Position numbers and translations under genes: made by a program | Part shown: piece after piece, positions 26,801-39,800 of the stretch | How positions within the stretch are numbered: position 1 is the stretch's first letter | Layout: every line of letters starts with the position of its first letter | The notes under the pieces: model-generated | Database searches by the model: none | Told to the model about the DNA's origin: nothing | The model's input: only the letters and a program-made list of their open reading frames with translations | From: Paraphysomonas bandaiensis | Lineage: Eukaryota > Protista > Chrysophyceae | Length of the DNA stretch: 64,000 nt | Reading direction: 5' to 3' | Assembly: GCA_965644295.1 (NCBI GenBank) | Contig: CBFFRP010000042.1 | Location: 1 to 64,000, forward strand

Positions 26801-28938
26801 CGTCCACATCCACAATTTCCACGGCCTGTTCCACTACTTCGTAATCGAGTTCTATCCCAATACTTTTCAACAACTCCTGTACCTCCTCGATGTCAAGGCT
26901 CCCGGATTCGTCCTCGTCATACTTCAAAAATAAGTCCTCCGCCAGCTCACGATTACGCGCCGCCTGCTGAAGTCGCTCAAGTCGCTGTAAAATTTCTTTC
27001 TTGTCCGCATCGACACCATGGAGTATATCTTCAACACCTTGTACAAGAGTAATAGAAGTTCCTTGCTGATGTTTACTTCGCCCAGTCACACCACCACTCG
27101 CTGGCCTCAGACGTTCCTTTCTTGTGCTTGAACTAACTGCTGTTTGAGGACGTTGTGTTGGCTTATAGACACACTTATTAATAGCAAATGTAGGGTGTGA
27201 TGCAACTAGTCGTAGCAACTTCAGACAAACTGCCCGCTCAAAGGCATCACTCATATTAAGCATATAATCGCCAGATATTGACTCCATGTTTATCAATTTA
27301 TCCTTACTGTACTTAATAGTCATGTTGCAACGAGACGCGGATACCGAAACTCGGCTTCCGGAGTTTATCGGGATTTGAGTCAGCACCATGGCGCCTAGCT
27401 CGCCTACATCTACATTAGTCCAGTACCAGCGCACATATCACCCTTTTACCTATAGGATTTCCATCCAAGTTGACACATTTTATATGGTAGTTTTCTTCTA
27501 TACCGACACATATGGAAAAACAGGCAGATGAGGTGATGTTGTTGTTCTGCAATAAAAGAGTCTCAAGGGTGGTGTTAGTGAGTATTGCCCGACCCAATTG
27601 CTCGCCACCTTGCTCACCCAATGAATTGTAAGACAGGTCTAGATATGTAAGGTGCTGATTATGTGCTAATGAGTTAGCCAAACATATCGCGCCATCCAGT
27701 CGGATCATATTCCAGGAGAGTCGTAGTGTCGACAGTCTGCTGGAGTTCGACTCGAGCAACTCTCCCACTGACTCCGCACCTGCCGTAACGATTACCAAAT
27801 AAAGCAATTCGACCAGAAATGATAAAACCAAACAACACTCACCTGTGACAAAGTCCGGCTTAACCGTATTGAGGTTCTCTGCCTTTCCAATGAGATTGTG
27901 TGACATATCTAGCTCCTCTAACACGGTATTGCGTGCCAGAGCTGCCACAAACATGTTGCACTCAATATCATCAATGTCCGCCTGCTGCAACACAAGGCGA
28001 CGCAGCGGACAGGATGGAGTACGTAAATAAGACGCCAGAGATGCTGATGATGGTGTGTCGATAACGTTCTGCGATAGATCTAGGTCAGTTACAGTGGGAA
28101 TCATGATGATTGCATCTATAATCGGATGCAGCGCAGCGCCAGTGAGATTATTATCAGCTATATTGATACGTTCGACAAAAGGAATATCGCTTAGAGCTTT
28201 GGCAAATAGAATGCCCATAGTATCACCCATACCATGGTGATGTAAACATAGCGATGTCGTCAAGTGCTTGCGCAGAATTAGTGAAGCGCGTGGGTTTAGC
28301 TTCTGCTTCATGCATGCATTAATGAATTTAGAACGTGGGGATGCTGGAGCGCCACGAAGGTCACTTTCGACCGCAGAGATATTGAAAGTCGATAAAACGT
28401 CAGAAGTAGCAACGCTCCCATCTCCTCTTGGGCTTTTAAAGGCTTCGAATAGACTAGACACTGTGGATTGGTCGTCCTCCAATCCGCTTTGGGCATCAGT
28501 TGTACTGATATCATCTGAGTCTTGTCTGCGAGGGGCAAAAGGGTAATCCAACAGCCCGTCCCCATCTCTCTGCTCGTCCAATACAATAGTAGTATTCATA
28601 TCTGGGTCTCGTGACCCCAATACCTTCTTGTGTTCCGACATCCAGTGACACCGACCGAAGAACCTTTCGCGGGCGCCGCCACCGAAGTAATGCCTAACAT
28701 CACAGTCGCCACCAGTCCAGTGCTCATGCTCACGTTGAGCCTCCTTCAGTAGCAGAGCCGTACTACTCTTCGTGTGAACACTCTTAGCAGGACTCTTCTT
28801 GGGGGAAGATCTTTGCTTTCTTTTATTCTCTGCGTTGGAAGAAAAGCTGTCTGAGGGAGAGGCTTTGTTGATATTGGAAGGAGATGGTCGCTCTGTCCGA
28901 GGCGAATCGGAAATACTACGCTGGCGATACACACGCAT
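23899..28938 (-). CDS. Large RNI-like leucine-rich repeat plus EF-hand protein, multi-exon
   Basis: Repeated L..LDLS.N LRRs (LDLSQNVI, LDMSHNLI, LRLSWNMI, LDLSYNSL) and an EF-hand pair (DEDESGSLDIEE, DVDGTGCLELPE). GT-AG introns join the 27415-28938, 24366-27434 and 23899-24135 ORFs. Confidence 0.75.
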
Positions 28939-29917
28939 CTTACTGTAGTATTATACTATCTAATACACTCGACTCAACTTCTATACATAGACCCATCGGA
29001 CAAAATAATACACGGGGATAGATGTGACAGTGACAAACGCACTGAGAAGATCTCTGATACTATATATATTTATGGGCCCAGTCAGCACTGTGCTCTCATA
29101 TACATACAGCAGATCATACATGTATGTGTATATCTGGGAGGAGGAATTGAATTATTTCTTCTTCACTTCACTTCAAAATAACTGACTTATCATACCAGAT
29201 AATACGGTATGGAATACAGCAGTAGTACGTAGATATACGAGAGAAAATGCCGAAAAGAAGCCTCCACAGCCAGACATTCCGACATTCCAACTACAACAGC
29301 ACGAGCAGCAGTGTTTATAAACTGATATTTTTATGAGAACTTTTTCTCAAAATCACGTGTTTTTAGATATTATTCATTCGTCTCTGGATCACAATCTTTA
29401 ATAACTAACTCATGTGAGCCCTAGATAATCGAAGGTATTCCTATTCTGCGAAGGGCATGGTTTGCAAAACAGAGGAAAGATGATGTTATAAACACTGTTA
29501 CAGTAGCTATATGGAAACTTCCGGTATGGTGCCGAAATAGGTGATAAAAACATAGTTTTTATTCAGAATTTCGGATAAAAAACGGAAAGTATTTCACCCA
29601 ATCATCTTTATTCTGAATCTAATATGATTATTTTATTGGCTAAAGAGGATGAGGGTTGTGCCCTTATATATCCCCGCCCCCACACCCCTCTCCCCTTCTA
29701 ATTCAGTTGTTGTTTCATCTTATGTAAAGCTGATATCATTGTGGTATCATTTCCGTTTAATCATAACGGAGACGAACATTGCTAATCGTTACGTCTCTTG
29801 TGACTATATATTAGAGACGCTGTGATTGTAAGAATTGCGACTAAGCAGAGCACTCTCTGACTGTACCAGTAATTAAATTGTCTAGACTGTATATTTTCAT
29901 TACGTGGAACGATCGTT

Positions 29918-32119
29918 ATGTTTGATAGAACACGTGTGTTCAGAATTTTACTCTGGATGTCTTCTGAAGAGGATATATTTTTACTTGCGCAAGATGCATA
30001 CGTTATCTGCTTCAGCATGTTGGAGCAAATATCGACTTTGAAAGCCGTTATTGAAGAATACAGTGAAAAGATGGAATTGTTAGAGTTGAAAGGTGATAGT
30101 GGACTAAAAGAAGCCAGTATGTACCAAACTGTGGTGGAGAAATTAGAGCATATGAATTCTAATCAGGATACGTGGATAGAGGTGATCACTGCTTTGAAGT
30201 GCGAGGCTGACGAATTCTGGTACCCTTCCCCAGCTGATATCAACAACTGCATGCCCAAGCACACTGCGGCATCCAAACAATGGCGACAACATAAAAATGG
30301 TTTGCCGCTACCCAATGATATTCAGCAGAAGGTATTAAACTTCAAAACCCGGTGTCAGTCTGTTGTCTCCGAATATTTCGCTGATCTTCTCTCGGAGCTC
30401 GAGAAAGAAGAAGCAGATGAGCGAAGCGCTTGTGCCGCTCTATCGAATCAGTATCTCCGCCTGGCCAATAAAATACCCACCCCGTTGCTTCGTGAAATAG
30501 AGTCATCTGTAAATCTCTTGACCGTAGTGACTGATTTTCCGCTAACTCACTTTTTGCTTCCTTCCAAACATTTTGCCAAGCTGCTCGGGTATACTCTTGC
30601 TCGTATGATAACGGCACCTTTCCTACAGATCATAGTCAACACTGCGGAGACCAACTTGGTTGTAAATACTTGCAGAGAAGGCGGTACAAGACCTTCCACA
30701 GTCATATTTTATCGGCGGGCAGATCGTGAGCTTGCGTGTATTCACTGGGAGGTATGCGAGACTGTTATCGACGGTCATTATATTGGGTACGGGTGTGATA
30801 TTACCTCTGAGATAAACATGATGAAAAACCATCAAGGAGCGAACATGCAGCGCATATTACGACAGTGGCTACACTCAATCCGCAACGCTTCTTTTCAGCA
30901 GCAAGCGCAACTGATTGAAGAAGATGTGATGAAGCTGCGGAGCAAGTTGGATAAAAATTCAAGCATAAAAGAATTTGACGACATCCTGAGTGGTCTCAAG
31001 ACCTTAATATACACTACTAAAGCCTCAGTGGGCCTAATTGACCAGGCGTTGTATTCCAAAGGACTAATGTCGTGTACTTGTGTGGCGGATTTCGTGAATG
31101 CACTTGTTAATTTCGCGCCTAACTTCACCAAGAGTGAGAAACTTGAAAACATAAATGTTGTGTGTACTGTACTTTTAAATCAAAACCCTGCGACACCGGA
31201 AGATTTTCGTAACTTATATGTTGGATCAGACATGTTGTCACTACAAAGCATGATTGATAACATATTCTCGAATGCGCTGCGATACACGGACCCAGAGAAA
31301 GGGGTAGTGGTGGAACTTCACGTTGTAGAAAGTGACACTTTAGTACAGTTCTTATTGCGCATAACTGACTTCAGGGAGGGGGGGCTTCCCTCACGTGTCG
31401 TGCGTTTCTACCAAGAAAATATTAACTTCCAAAAAGTGTTGGATCTGCGCCAACGTGCGGATAGGTCTCGTCGGAACACCGAGGACGATGACTTGAGTTG
31501 CACAACTGACAATATATCGGAGGAGTCAAATAGCACTAACCAGCGAAGCTCCATGACTGGTGTACCTCATATAGTGGATACCTTTCACCAGCTAACAGGA
31601 TCGGGAGAGCATGACTTAGATATGTTGATAACTGTTACGGATTCGGGCACAACTTATGCTCTTCAGTTCTCATTTGCCCTTCTTGCTCCCCCCGCCTCCA
31701 TATTTGAAGATCCTGTGCCCTCCGAAATCGAAAGTCTGAAGGAGTATTTTGCTCTGTGCAAGAAGCTGTTTTTGGTAGTGGACGACAGTGCAGTTGTAAG
31801 ACGTATGCTGGTTCGACTATTTGATAAGCTAGATGTGCCCTGCCACTCATGTGTGGACGGATCCGATGCTCTCGACTGGTTTGCGGATCACCAGCAGGAC
31901 TGTTGTGGAATTATCACCGACCTGGAGATGCCTAAGATGGGTGGCGAAACCTTGATACGGCACGTGAAGGAGATCAACCCGACCTTGCCCTGTGTGGTAG
32001 TGTCGGGCAATGAAACCATAGCTACTTCTATGCCCAAGGGTGCTGAGAGAGCTCTCATGAAACCAATTGCTATTGATGACCTCCAAGAGGTTTTAAAGGA
32101 AATGTTAAAGCTAGGTTAA
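29918..32119 (+). CDS. Hybrid sensor histidine kinase (PAS/PAC-like, HisKA, degenerate HATPase, receiver), apparently intronless
   Basis: PAC-like YRRADR..W....DG..IGYGCDIT, H-box-like WLHSIRN, N-box NIFSNALRYT, and receiver LVVDDS..TDLEMPKMGG..VVVSG..LMKPI. Confidence 0.8.
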   Translation: MFDRTRVFRILLWMSSEEDIFLLAQDAYVICFSMLEQISTLKAVIEEYSEKMELLELKGDSGLKEASMYQTVVEKLEHMNSNQDTWIEVITALKCEADEFWYPSPADINNCMPKHTAASKQWRQHKNGLPLPNDIQQKVLNFKTRCQSVVSEYFADLLSELEKEEADERSACAALSNQYLRLANKIPTPLLREIESSVNLLTVVTDFPLTHFLLPSKHFAKLLGYTLARMITAPFLQIIVNTAETNLVVNTCREGGTRPSTVIFYRRADRELACIHWEVCETVIDGHYIGYGCDITSEINMMKNHQGANMQRILRQWLHSIRNASFQQQAQLIEEDVMKLRSKLDKNSSIKEFDDILSGLKTLIYTTKASVGLIDQALYSKGLMSCTCVADFVNALVNFAPNFTKSEKLENINVVCTVLLNQNPATPEDFRNLYVGSDMLSLQSMIDNIFSNALRYTDPEKGVVVELHVVESDTLVQFLLRITDFREGGLPSRVVRFYQENINFQKVLDLRQRADRSRRNTEDDDLSCTTDNISEESNSTNQRSSMTGVPHIVDTFHQLTGSGEHDLDMLITVTDSGTTYALQFSFALLAPPASIFEDPVPSEIESLKEYFALCKKLFLVVDDSAVVRRMLVRLFDKLDVPCHSCVDGSDALDWFADHQQDCCGIITDLEMPKMGGETLIRHVKEINPTLPCVVVSGNETIATSMPKGAERALMKPIAIDDLQEVLKEMLKLG

Positions 32120-32200
32120 AAGTACTGTTTGTGAATGCCCTATTGGTTGTCTCGAACATATGTAAGTTTTTAGTGTTCTATATCTGATATTTGATTTTTC

Positions 32201-32422
32201 GCATATGACGCGCTGTGTACTTGTTTCGGCTTATTCAATTTAATCCTACACACGACTTGACTTTTTCGTGTGTGTGTTGACCCCATGAAGTAATTTTATG
32301 TATTTGTATAAGCACCTGTTTAAGGCGTACTAATATTTGTCCTGGAAATTTTAATAATAAACCTATAACAGTTGAATTGTATTTTTTGTTCTATTGACTC
32401 TGTTGAAATAGAAATAGTCTTG
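32201..32422. repeat. Dispersed non-coding repeat, intact copy (second copy split at 42025-42105 plus ~43100-43228)
   Basis: ATATGACG(C/T)GCTGTGT..TTATTCAAT..TGTGTGTGTTGA and CATGAAGTA..TATTTGTATAAGCA..TTTAAGGCGT..CCTATAACAG occur at both loci. Confidence 0.7.
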
Positions 32423-32844
32423 CCACAAGGTATTCTTTACGCTATCTAGAAATCACGCTAGGAAATATATATAAAATATATATTGTTCTGCAATATATTG
32501 TAAAACACGTAGCTTGGTCGACCATCAAAAAATTCCATCACCATGAGATATATTATTCAATCTAGTCAAATTGGTTGAATTTCCTAGTCATACTATTTTC
32601 GGTGTAAAACCCTAGTCAATGCAATAAATGACTCAACCTAGCTAATTATAGCATTAAACCTAGTCATGAATTGTACTCGCATATAGCTACGCATTACAGA
32701 AGCATGATGTCATAGTAGGTAGAACCAATGCAACATACATCAGGTCAAAACATAGCAGCATAGACAGGACTCCATCGCTCTCTCCAATGCTGACCATTCC
32801 CTTGTAGACCATTCTTTCTTTCAACATTCATGGCTCAAGGTGTA

Positions 32845-33500
32845 AGTATTAGGAGAATAGTGATTATCTAAGCAGTAGGAAACCTTTACTTGGGGCGTAG
32901 TAGATGACCAGTATTATATATGAAATATTCACATGTATTTAACTGTTGATAATATTATATTGCTCCGTAACAAAATAAAAAATTACTAGAGATAACGTGC
33001 AGCTTGTGCGTTGCCGCAGCCAACCTAAGAACTCGCGTGACATTGAAAATATAGAATATCTCCCATCTATTGCTATTGTTGCATGTTCTGACAATAAATT
33101 TCTGATGTAAAACTCTTGAGCCGTCATGAGTTTGAAGGTATTGAGGCGGATATGTAAAGTTACTCGTGGGGTTTGTGGCTGGATGCGGTTTTTGCGGAGT
33201 TTGAGTGTGGTTGACACCCACTCTTAAAGCGGAAGCAATTTCTTCACATTTCCTTCTTCAGACGCCAAATATGAGAGTGACATAGTTCTCATGTTCTCCT
33301 GTACACTCTTATCAAGGTGTTGATTTACGGGTGAAGCTGTCTTGTGCTCAATTCTTACAAGAGCTCTCACATCTCTCCTGAGGATACAGCTTTTCCCTAA
33401 TAATTGAGTTATGGTTGTCAGTTCAGATCTCTGCTGAGTCTTTCCCCCCTCTTATCCATATCCTCTTTCTCTGCACTACCTCAAGTCGTCTTACTGCTGG
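32845..33500 (-). mobile_element. Diverged remnant of the same non-LTR family; limits approximate
   Basis: Minus strand carries TGCGGCAACGCACAAGCTGC (core variant, ~32996-33020) and a degenerate tail CCTACTGCTTAGATAATCAC. Confidence 0.5.
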
Positions 33501-33892
33501 ATATAATGTATATGTATATCTAGACACTGTATCTCCAGTGGACAGATAAGGATATGGACTATGGACTATATATGGCCAACCTCAGCAAGCACAACTAGCA
33601 AAACCCCTAAAAACAGGGGATTTCCTATAAATAAGGGCTTCCATTCCAATATACCAGTGCAGAATCAACGATTTTCAATAATCCGAATTTTTATATCATA
33701 TTATTGGGGATTGCAGACCCTGCTGTTTGTGTTGGAGGTATCTTTGATCATCATGAACCGAATCCTGGTATATACCCGTATATGGTATAGTCTCCATGCC
33801 ACTTCATTAATTGAACACTGGAAGTATTCCTCTACTAGAATATTCTGATTGAATTTATTCCAATTAATTATTTCGTTCTAGTCTTTTCCGTG

Positions 33893-35188
33893 ATGTTCAA
33901 GCGACACATTGCACTGTTTGCTTTCTTCTTCTCTCCTATAATCTCAGCCATCCCCCAAGATAAAACCGTCATAGGTTATTATGCGTCATGGCAATGGTAT
34001 GATCGTGCTCAACTGGCGAAACCAAAGAATATGGATTTTACGAAAGTATCTCGGATAAATTACGCGTTTTTTCAAACGGATGTCAATGGAAATTTATTCG
34101 GCACTGACTCATGGGCCGACCCCAATATACTATTCGGCCCTTACGATTATAATCCCTCTCCTGACAGTACGAAATACTGCTCCCACGATGCACCTGGTGT
34201 TCAAAATTGCGACTATCATAACTACGAAGACGGTCTCATCAGCCTGGCTCATGCAGCTGGTGCCGAGGTTTGGCCCTCCATTGGGGGCTGGACTTTGTCC
34301 GAAAACTTCCCAATAGTTGCTGCTAATGCTTCATCAAGAAAGACATTTGCGGAAGAATGCATTAATTTAATAATTGACTACAATTTTGATGGGATTGACA
34401 TTGATTGGGAATATCCTGGTTTTGAAGAGCATGGTGGAACTGCAGAGGATACTGAAAACTTCAGTTTGCTCTTAAATGAAGTTAGAAGTCATTTAGACGC
34501 TCTTTCTTCTTCCACGGGCAAGAAATACGGTCTCACTGCTGCTCTTTCTTGTGACCCAGAGCAGATTTCCCGGTACGATGTACCCTATCTTCGGAAAGTC
34601 TTGTCAGAATTTAACCTGATGACATACGACTTCCACGGAAGCTGGGACGACACAACTGGAGTAAATGCTCCCCTGTATCCTCAGGGGTGGGGGCCTGAAG
34701 ATTTCGATGTTGACAGCTGCGTTAGAAACTGGGTGGCTGCTGGGGCTTCCTCTGATCGTGTTAATATCGGCCTTCCATTTTATGGGCGGTCGTTCGCCGT
34801 GGCCACAGGTATTATATTTTTTTCACTGTTTTTAATTTCAAATAACCGTCAAGTAGGACTCAATGAACCATTCAATGGCGCGGATACTCAACATTGGGCT
34901 GCTGACGAAGGCACACCACAGTACTACAATATTTATCAATCACTCCCAGAAATGGAAGACGTCCGGCACGAAGAAACCCTTACTCAGTATGCGTACTTTG
35001 CATCTGGTGGTGTGGTGTCATACGATAACCCGCAGGCGATATGTGATAAAACCGCATACGTTATTGACAATGCACTGCATGGAATGATAATATGGGAGCT
35101 GTCTGGAGATCTCATGAGTGATCTCACCACACCACTGTTGGACACTGTTACGAAGAAACTGGGGGATTCGTCGTACATCTGTGTATAA
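33893..35188 (+). CDS. Secreted GH18 chitinase (one 48-bp in-frame intron at 34809-34856)
   Basis: Signal-peptide-like N-terminus, VIGYYASWQWYDR, SIGGW, catalytic DGIDIDWEYPG, LMTYDFHGSW and GMIIWELSGD. Confidence 0.92.
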   Translation: MFKRHIALFAFFFSPIISAIPQDKTVIGYYASWQWYDRAQLAKPKNMDFTKVSRINYAFFQTDVNGNLFGTDSWADPNILFGPYDYNPSPDSTKYCSHDAPGVQNCDYHNYEDGLISLAHAAGAEVWPSIGGWTLSENFPIVAANASSRKTFAEECINLIIDYNFDGIDIDWEYPGFEEHGGTAEDTENFSLLLNEVRSHLDALSSSTGKKYGLTAALSCDPEQISRYDVPYLRKVLSEFNLMTYDFHGSWDDTTGVNAPLYPQGWGPEDFDVDSCVRNWVAAGASSDRVNIGLPFYGRSFAVATGIIFFSLFLISNNRQVGLNEPFNGADTQHWAADEGTPQYYNIYQSLPEMEDVRHEETLTQYAYFASGGVVSYDNPQAICDKTAYVIDNALHGMIIWELSGDLMSDLTTPLLDTVTKKLGDSSYICV

Positions 35189-35504
35189 TATCTGGAATTA
35201 AAGTGAAATTAACTATGTAATTATCATGACTGAATGTGGTTTAAGTGAAAGAAATATAAAGTAATATAAAGTTATATATACTGATATATTAGTCGAATGC
35301 ATGTACGGCGCAACTCACGGGAGGGTTATACGTAAACAAATATTCTGACCCGAGTTAATTACATAATATTCTATGCATAGTGCGAACTCTGTTGCCGGTT
35401 TGATGAAGATTCCACGATAAAAAGTCGATTTTTCATAATGTCTAGCAATTTAGGGAAATAAACAATGGTATTGGTAGAAGAATGGTTGGTACCTGAAATG
35501 AACA

Positions 35505-35890
35505 TAGTAGTGAATGCCTTATTACTAGCAATAGTCATTTAAAAGTCAGTGCTTAACTCTGATATCCTACTATTTAACGTCGCGTCACCGCAAGCACCAA
35601 GGGGCAACCACTTTCTCTTTATCACTCAAGCAAATGTAGTAGAATGTTGATGTACCTGACATCTGCTGACTTTAGAATTTTTTAGTCCTTAAGGTGAGCA
35701 GCCTGGATGCTTGACTTCAGCAGGCAGCTCAATACCCCGGATGCCCTTGAGGTGGTCCCATTCCTGTTTATTCTCCAGGGGGCCAAAGACGTATACACGT
35801 CTACACAAGTGGCACTTATGTTATTGTCCCTTGTATCACACAAGCATTACACCTCGATAAGGTGCGAGTCCGACTTTGTTGAGGGTGAAA
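35505..35890 (-). mobile_element. 3' fragment of the non-LTR family
   Basis: Tail (minus) CTATTGCTAGTAATAAGGCATTCACTACTA, partial core GTGGTTGCCCCTTGGTGCTTGCGGTGACGC, and upstream homology to the 22.9-23.1 kb and 42.6-43.1 kb copies. Confidence 0.7.
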
Positions 35891-36883
35891 AGAGCATAAA
35901 CTTGCAAAGATCCTCTATTGTTTCGTGATCAGTCACCACTTCACACAAATATAGCTGCGTTTAATGTATTCAAATCCTCAAACCATCAACCATTCTTCCA
36001 CACTTCCACACCCAACAGACAATATATCGACTTTATATTTTCCTAATTCAAGTTTTTTTAGCACTTCAAGCACCTTTTGGGTTCATGAGTAGAAGATCAT
36101 GAGATATAGCAGAGTCCTGCTCTGAATGTTAGACATCAGTGCCACTGACTTATAAAAAAACTACCACTGGATATAAATGCTATGACAGTTTAGTACAGTT
36201 CAGTCCCAGTCAGCTCTATATCTATATATCTGATAGGAGATCATGAGTCCATGGCTGTAAGAGATAGATACTCGCCTCCGATTCCAGGCACCAGGATTCG
36301 CTCTCTTGTATCGGCATCCGTTGTATATTTTTGTTCAAAGATGCCTCTAATATTGAGTCAACAATTATTTGCATTACAGCCGTATTTGTTCTGCAGTTGT
36401 ATAGAGGAATTTGGCCTCAATTTATTTCCGAAAATAAGATGCTGACAGCCGATACGTGCCTTCTGGCCTACTTTCTACTTCTACAAAACCAGGAAAAATA
36501 CCGAAAATACCATGGATTTGGTCACACAAGCAAAATGTGTCAGTACAAGCAGCATATCCCGGTATCCCGTTATATACTGCTCCAAATGCACAGCAGTATC
36601 CTGCTATTCACTAGTATTCCTACAGCAGCAGTATATCCATATTACAGGTAGACGAGGGGATGTACACATATCTATAGTTAAGGTATATCTATAGTACTCC
36701 TGTTGCAGTTCATATCCTGAGCTGATATCAATCTCATGACCTCATACATCACTATCATTCCTTCTCTATAATCTATGGTCATTAGAGATGGTATTGACGG
36801 GGCAGTATTGTCTGTGTAACATGAATGGTCATTTCTTTTTATAATAATCTGCTACTGAGTGTAAACAGTTGAGTTCGAAGATA

Positions 36884-39800
36884 ATGGGAGATATATATTC
36901 GACCCAACAAGGCTCAACACAGAGTGAACAAATATTATTTGTAGAGATGTTAGATTATAAGCTGTTTCGAGAGAGATCGAACTTATATAAACCATTTGTT
37001 GTTTATGAATTCAGAGTTGGATTCCAGCGATATCACTGGAAAATAAAGAAAAGATTTAAAGAAGTTTTTGCTCTTCATTCGTATGTAATGAAATATCATA
37101 AATCTATAGGACAAAAGAATTGTTTTCCTCCTAGACACTTTCAATTATGGAAACCTCTTGACGACGGAACACTTGTCGAAAGAGGTGCTTGTATCGCGAA
37201 GTATTTAGAGTCAATTTCTCAACACACAGATATACTGATGTCAACTGTATTTTGGGAATTTTTTGAAGTGGGAAAGGTATTATGCTTGCATGTTTATAGA
37301 ATCAGATAGCACTAAGTGCTCCTGTAGAGTTGTTTTAAAGCAGAGCTGGGCAGGAAAGGAAAAGCAGGATATCTGAAAAAGGTATATATCCGATGGTAAA
37401 TGACGAAGTAATATGATATTGCTAAATAGTGTTCTGGGGGTTATAATGTGCCAAGAAACAAGGATATATTCATGTCTTGGAAGTGGCGTTGGGTGGTTGC
37501 TCACGATACATTTATCAGTTATCACAAGTCCCACAATCACGTAGATATAATAGGAGTTATACCCATTGACCCAGGTTTTCGTGTGTTGTCCACTGGACGA
37601 TACCTTCGAATTCATACGTATTCCCGGGACTTGACTCTATTTGCTCCTACTTCCCGAATTGCTAGCGAGTGGGAAGAGAGTCTAACAGAATTTTACAAGA
37701 TTTCACCACGTGTGGTGAACTGTCCCACCGGTTGTGGATACCCTTGTCGAGAATGCACAGAGTGTGTAGACATCTTTCTCTGCAGCAAAGATTACTTTTT
37801 CTCGTTAGCACAGTCACTATTGGGAGCTACACATGAAATATTTATCACTTGTTGTAGTCATGACCCTCATCTCATACTTACCCGACCACCTATGCCCCCT
37901 GTCTCTCTTCAAGAGATTATCAAATATAAAGCCTTACATGGTGTGAAGATATATATTCTTCTCTCTCCAGAGGTAAGATGTAGTGCTACTAGATGTTAGA
38001 GGATTTATACCTTGTTACGGACACTACTTTTATACTTGTAACATGGCTATAGGACACTGGAGCAGAATACGCGAAAAGGTTCTACGAGTTACAAAGCCCA
38101 AACATTGTCTGTCTCTATTTCTGCGGTGCACCGAGTGGCAGGGAAATAGCACATTGCGAGAAGTTGGTAGTTGTGGACAGGTCAACGGCATTCATTGGGA
38201 CCACAGATCTGGCACTTGGTCGATTTGATGACTCAAAGTATGAAATAACAGATGTAGACGGAACTCTGTAAGTACGCTGCACATCTTAGATACGTGTAGG
38301 TTACTGTAGGGGTTTGCGTTGTAGGTACCCGGGTGCAGACTATGTCATTCATCCTTACAGGGAGCGCATGCATTCCTGCGTTGCACAGGACCAAGAATCT
38401 GTTGTTTCAGACGCGAGGCATACGGACGAACGGTTCTCCATAATACACCGACTGCCTACAATGGACATATCAATTCGGCCTGTCGCTGTTGTGTCAGGGG
38501 AAGATGATGTCGATTTTGAGGCACCATCAGACAAATTATGCGTGAAAAATAACGAAAGCTCTGATTCGGGAAATGTGGAAATCACTGATGCGGAATTGTA
38601 CACCCGACATACGGAATACAGGGACGAGGGATTCGACGAGCCAGAGACCAAGCAGGAGACAGGGGTATTTTGACATATACGCTGAGCTCTCATGAATTAT
38701 TTTTACTTCAGGTTCGTGAAGAAGCTGAATCTCTATGCCCTACAACTGAAGCTGTTCCATTTAGAGAAATGACGGTGCTAAGTACGGAGAAAGAAACTGG
38801 ACGCACGCAGTCTACTATGGTAGTGGGTATGCTTCACAATATTTTTCAATCCCTCGGTCCCTCAGGGGGAAAGCACAAAAGAAAAATTGGGACCCGACCG
38901 ATGGAAGCGCGAAAGGTTTATCCACGGCAGCCCTGGCATGACACTCAAGTAAAAGTGGTGGGCGTTGCAGCCAGAGACACTGCGTCGTTTTTCATTCGGG
39001 TGAGGTGATAACTCTCTCTATTTTGGAATGACAAGTACGTGCAGAGGTGGAATTTTACGCGACGATATTCCAGCGATGGAAATTGTGAATTGCTCGGCGA
39101 TGTTACCGACGACCAGTGCTTTAGCAGATGTTCTAGGTGCAACCTGGAAGGAATTCACGACAAGCATATCTCGTGTCCCCAGTGCGAATATTTTCTCGGA
39201 AACCGAAATCCTTACATGATACCTTCAGCCTATACTGATAATCGGGATGTTTTAGATATTGACGACATCAACGGACTCCATATCTCGAAAATACCTGCTG
39301 TTCCATCTCAGTACTGTTTCATTGTTTTTGAATGTGCATTTGAGAGTAAGATGGGATGTAGTATATGCGGTAGTGGCCCTGTAGCGGTGGAGTTTGTACA
39401 CGACACTCCTATCCGAATGGGTGGAGAGAAGCTTATTCACAGTCAGGGTGCCGAATGTAATGTGCTAAAGAAAATGGGACTATTTCCTAGTGTTGGGGAT
39501 GTCATTCTTGCCATTGATGGAGTGTCAGTAGAACACTTCACCGCAACCGAGGTACGAGAGATGCTAGGCCGAACTCTGCGAAATTTGCCACCTGGAAAGG
39601 TTTTTCGAGTAATTCTCCGTCGGCATCACTTGCGAAATGTGGTTGCCAGATACGCTTCACGTCCTTCTGCGGACGTAAGCGGAGCTGCTCGTAGGCGAAC
39701 TGCAAGGGCTGTTCCAGTTAGAAGCAGTTCAGATGAAAGTGAAGATGAATTAATGCTGTCCAAAGATCAGTTGCAGTGCTTCTCACCCGCAGTTGAGGAA

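Noticed and set aside
35960-36046. Short frame ending YIDFIFS resembling an APE endonuclease motif
   Set aside because: Too short, on the opposite strand to the adjacent element, and without other APE motifs.
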